Origin: Candidatus Moraniibacteriota bacterium
GTDB lineage: Bacteria; Patescibacteriota; Minisyncoccia; Moranbacterales; GCA-2747515
Assembly (NCBI GenBank): GCA_023133275.1
Contig: JAGLWU010000027.1
Location: forward strand, 1-57,370
Length of the DNA stretch: 57,370 bases
Direction of reading: 5' to 3'
The notes beneath the pieces are model-generated. The model did not search any database. It was given only the letters and a program-made list of their open reading frames with translations, and was not told the origin of the DNA. Position numbers and translations under genes: made by a program. Positions 55,227 to 57,370 of the stretch are shown here, one piece after another; positions within the stretch are counted from its first letter, which is position 1, and each line of letters opens with the position of its first letter.

Positions 55227-57038
55227 ATGAAAAACATTCGAAACTTTTGCATTATTGCACACATTGATCATGGAAAGTCAACTTTGTCTGACCGTCTTTT
55301 GGAAGTTACAGGAACAGTAGAAAAACGAAACATGAAAGAGCAAATACTTGATCAAATGGATTTGGAGCGAGAGCGGGGAATTACGATTAAACTTCAGCCA
55401 GTGCAGATGCAATATGATTTTGAAAATACAAATTACACTTTAAATTTAATTGATACACCAGGGCATGTTGATTTTGCTTATGAAGTTTCGCGATCGCTGG
55501 CGGCAGTGGAAGGTGCTGTTCTTCTTGTAGACGCAACTCAAGGAGTTCAGGCACAAACTCTTTCCAATCTTTATTTTGCAATTGAGCAAGATTTAGAAAT
55601 TATTCCAGTTTTGAATAAAATTGATTTGCCGAATGCTGATGTGGAAAAAGTGAAACGGGAAGTGATTCACGTTCTGGGATGTGATGAAAGTGATATTTTA
55701 ACTGCTTCGGGAAAAACTGGAGAGGGCGTTAAGGATATTTTAAAGAATGTTATTGAAAAAGTACCAAGTCCAAAAGGTGATCCAGAAGGAAAATTGCGAG
55801 CTTTAATTTTCGATAGTGTTTATGATTCGTACAAAGGTGTTTTGGCATACGTTCGAATTGTGGATGGTGAAGTTAAAAATACAGATGATATTCACATGAT
55901 GATTACTTCAAAAGATAGTAATGTTGTTGAACTCGGTCATTTTTTCCCGCAGTATGAATCTTGTGATATTTTAAAAACTGGAGATATTGGTTACATTGCG
56001 ACTGGCTTTAAAAGTGTTTCGGAGTGTCGAGTGGGTGATACAATTACTTTGAAAAATTCTTCGAGCAAACAAACTTACGATGATGTTAAAACTTTACCAG
56101 GATACAAAGAAGTTAAGCCAATGGTTTATGCGAGCTTTTATCCGCAGGAGGGAAATGAATATAATGCGATGCGAGATGCTTTGGAAAAATTGACTTTGAA
56201 TGATGGAGCTTTTCGTTTTGAACCAGAAAGTAATAAGGCTTTGGGGCGAGGTTTTCGTTGTGGGTTTTTAGGTTTGCTTCATTTGGAAATTATTCAGGCT
56301 CGGCTGGAACGGGAGTTTAATTTTTCACCAACAATTACGACGCCGAGTGTTATTTATAAACTTAAATTGAAAGAAAATACTGATGATGAATTGGTAAATA
56401 TTTATTCCCCAACGGAATTACCTGATCCGTCAACAATTGAACATATTGAAGAGCCTTACGTTAATTTGGAAATTATTACGCCAGCGGAATATTTGGGTAG
56501 TGTGATGGAATTGATGGGGAATATGCGAGTGGAATATAAAAATACGAATTACATTGATGATGATCGAGTTCAATTAATTTTTGATGCACCGTTGATGGAT
56601 GTGATTGTTGATTTTTATGATCAGTTGAAAAGTGTTTCGTCAGGTTATGCGTCAATGAATTATGAAATTTCAGGTTATCGAAAGAGTGATTTGGTTAAAT
56701 TGGATATTTTAGTGGCGGGAGATGCGATTGATGCTTTTTCGAGGATTGTTCCAAAAGATAAGGCTTTTTATGAAGGTAAAGCGACGGTTGATAAATTGAA
56801 AGATGTGATTCCTCGGCAGAATTTTGCAGTGGCGATTCAGGCGGCGATCGGGGCGAAGGTGATTGCTCGGACGACGATTAGTGCTTTTCGGAAGGATGTT
56901 ACGGCTGGGCTTTATGGTGGAGATATTACTCGAAAGAGAAAACTTTTGGAGAAACAGAAGAAAGGTAAGAAGAGAATGGCACAAAGTGGTAAAGTTGATA
57001 TCCCCCCCGAGGCTTTTTTGCAGGTTTTGCGGAAATAG
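55227..57038 (+). CDS. lepA: Elongation factor 4 (LepA)
   Basis: G1 AHIDHGKSTL, G3 DTPGH, G4 NKID and a LepA-specific C-terminal domain, 603 aa in total. Confidence 0.95.
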   Translation: MKNIRNFCIIAHIDHGKSTLSDRLLEVTGTVEKRNMKEQILDQMDLERERGITIKLQPVQMQYDFENTNYTLNLIDTPGHVDFAYEVSRSLAAVEGAVLLVDATQGVQAQTLSNLYFAIEQDLEIIPVLNKIDLPNADVEKVKREVIHVLGCDESDILTASGKTGEGVKDILKNVIEKVPSPKGDPEGKLRALIFDSVYDSYKGVLAYVRIVDGEVKNTDDIHMMITSKDSNVVELGHFFPQYESCDILKTGDIGYIATGFKSVSECRVGDTITLKNSSSKQTYDDVKTLPGYKEVKPMVYASFYPQEGNEYNAMRDALEKLTLNDGAFRFEPESNKALGRGFRCGFLGLLHLEIIQARLEREFNFSPTITTPSVIYKLKLKENTDDELVNIYSPTELPDPSTIEHIEEPYVNLEIITPAEYLGSVMELMGNMRVEYKNTNYIDDDRVQLIFDAPLMDVIVDFYDQLKSVSSGYASMNYEISGYRKSDLVKLDILVAGDAIDAFSRIVPKDKAFYEGKATVDKLKDVIPRQNFAVAIQAAIGAKVIARTTISAFRKDVTAGLYGGDITRKRKLLEKQKKGKKRMAQSGKVDIPPEAFLQVLRK

Positions 57039-57134
57039 GGTCAGTTAAAAATTTTAAAAGTTCCATGTCAACTGACTACGGAGCTTTTCTTTTATTATTA
57101 TAATAACAAACGCCTATCTACGAGGCTTTTTTTG

Positions 57135-57230
57135 TTACGGCGGCGGCAACAATCCTCCTAATAAAAATAACGCTGCTACTAATAGAAGTATAATTACAGC
57201 ACATCCTGGAGTGTCTTTTCCCATTGCCAT
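57135..57230 (-). CDS. Unannotated 31-aa hydrophobic micropeptide candidate
   Basis: AGGAGA RBS 6 nt upstream of ATG. Sequence MAMGKDTPGCAVIILLLVAALFLLGGLLPPP*. Overlaps the weaker 64-aa ORF 57118..57312 in another frame. Confidence 0.25.
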   Translation of the reverse strand: MAMGKDTPGCAVIILLLVAALFLLGGLLPPP

Positions 57231-57370
57231 CTTTTTCTCCTTTAAATGTTTTGGCACGGTGTGGGTAAGTAGTGTGCCTTAAGGATATTCGAAATGAGAG
57301 ACTTTCAATCAATCGAATAAGTTATTGTATATTATTATTATTCTGTTGCTACATTCAACAAAATAACGCA

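Noticed and set aside
57118-57312. 64-aa minus-strand ORF at the window end
   Set aside because: No RBS, and the sequence is odd and Cys/Ser-rich. An overlapping 31-aa frame with a consensus RBS explains the region better, though itself only weakly.
1-57370. CRISPR array, rRNA genes, IS elements or transposases
   Set aside because: No regularly spaced direct repeats with unique spacers. No rRNA-like conserved stretches. No transposase or integrase-like ORFs. The repeats present are irregularly spaced palindromic or modular elements, not CRISPR.

Overview
This 57-kb window has roughly 30% GC and is densely packed with genes, almost all on the + strand. It looks like a small-genome bacterium, and the content is consistent with a CPR/Patescibacteria-like lineage (inference only). 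Motifs I can read directly identify the following housekeeping genes: RadC, GroEL (with a CIRCE operator and no adjacent groES), a PIG-L deacetylase plus phosphohexomutase operon, Fpg/MutM, YchF, an S1 protease with a long C-terminal extension, CapA, tRNA-Ala(GGC), a PilB-like ATPase, PilM, MurJ, ribosomal L34, an SPFH protein, an ECF sigma factor, a DEAD-box helicase, an AEC transporter, DedA, an ankyrin protein, GT2, HIT, rpsU-yqeY, a PD-(D/E)xK protein, ybeY-dgkA-ftsA-ftsZ, a single-chain Type IIB-like restriction-modification enzyme, RecG, a cupin, a histone-H1-like basic protein, an ElaB-like protein, an SDR, GT4, an O-antigen-ligase-like protein, a metallophosphoesterase, a HAD hydrolase and LepA. 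The feature no gene model explains is a family of GC-rich modular intergenic repeats. A 21-nt motif AAAAGCCCGTGCGGCGAGCAC occurs at least 11 times. A structured core module of about 56 nt (GGGGATTCTTCAC, then an AT hairpin whose arms change between copies while pairing is kept, then CGTTCAGAATGACA) occurs 5 times. Perfect palindromic sub-modules are combined with these in BIME/MITE fashion. There is no CRISPR array, no rRNA and no obvious transposase in the window.
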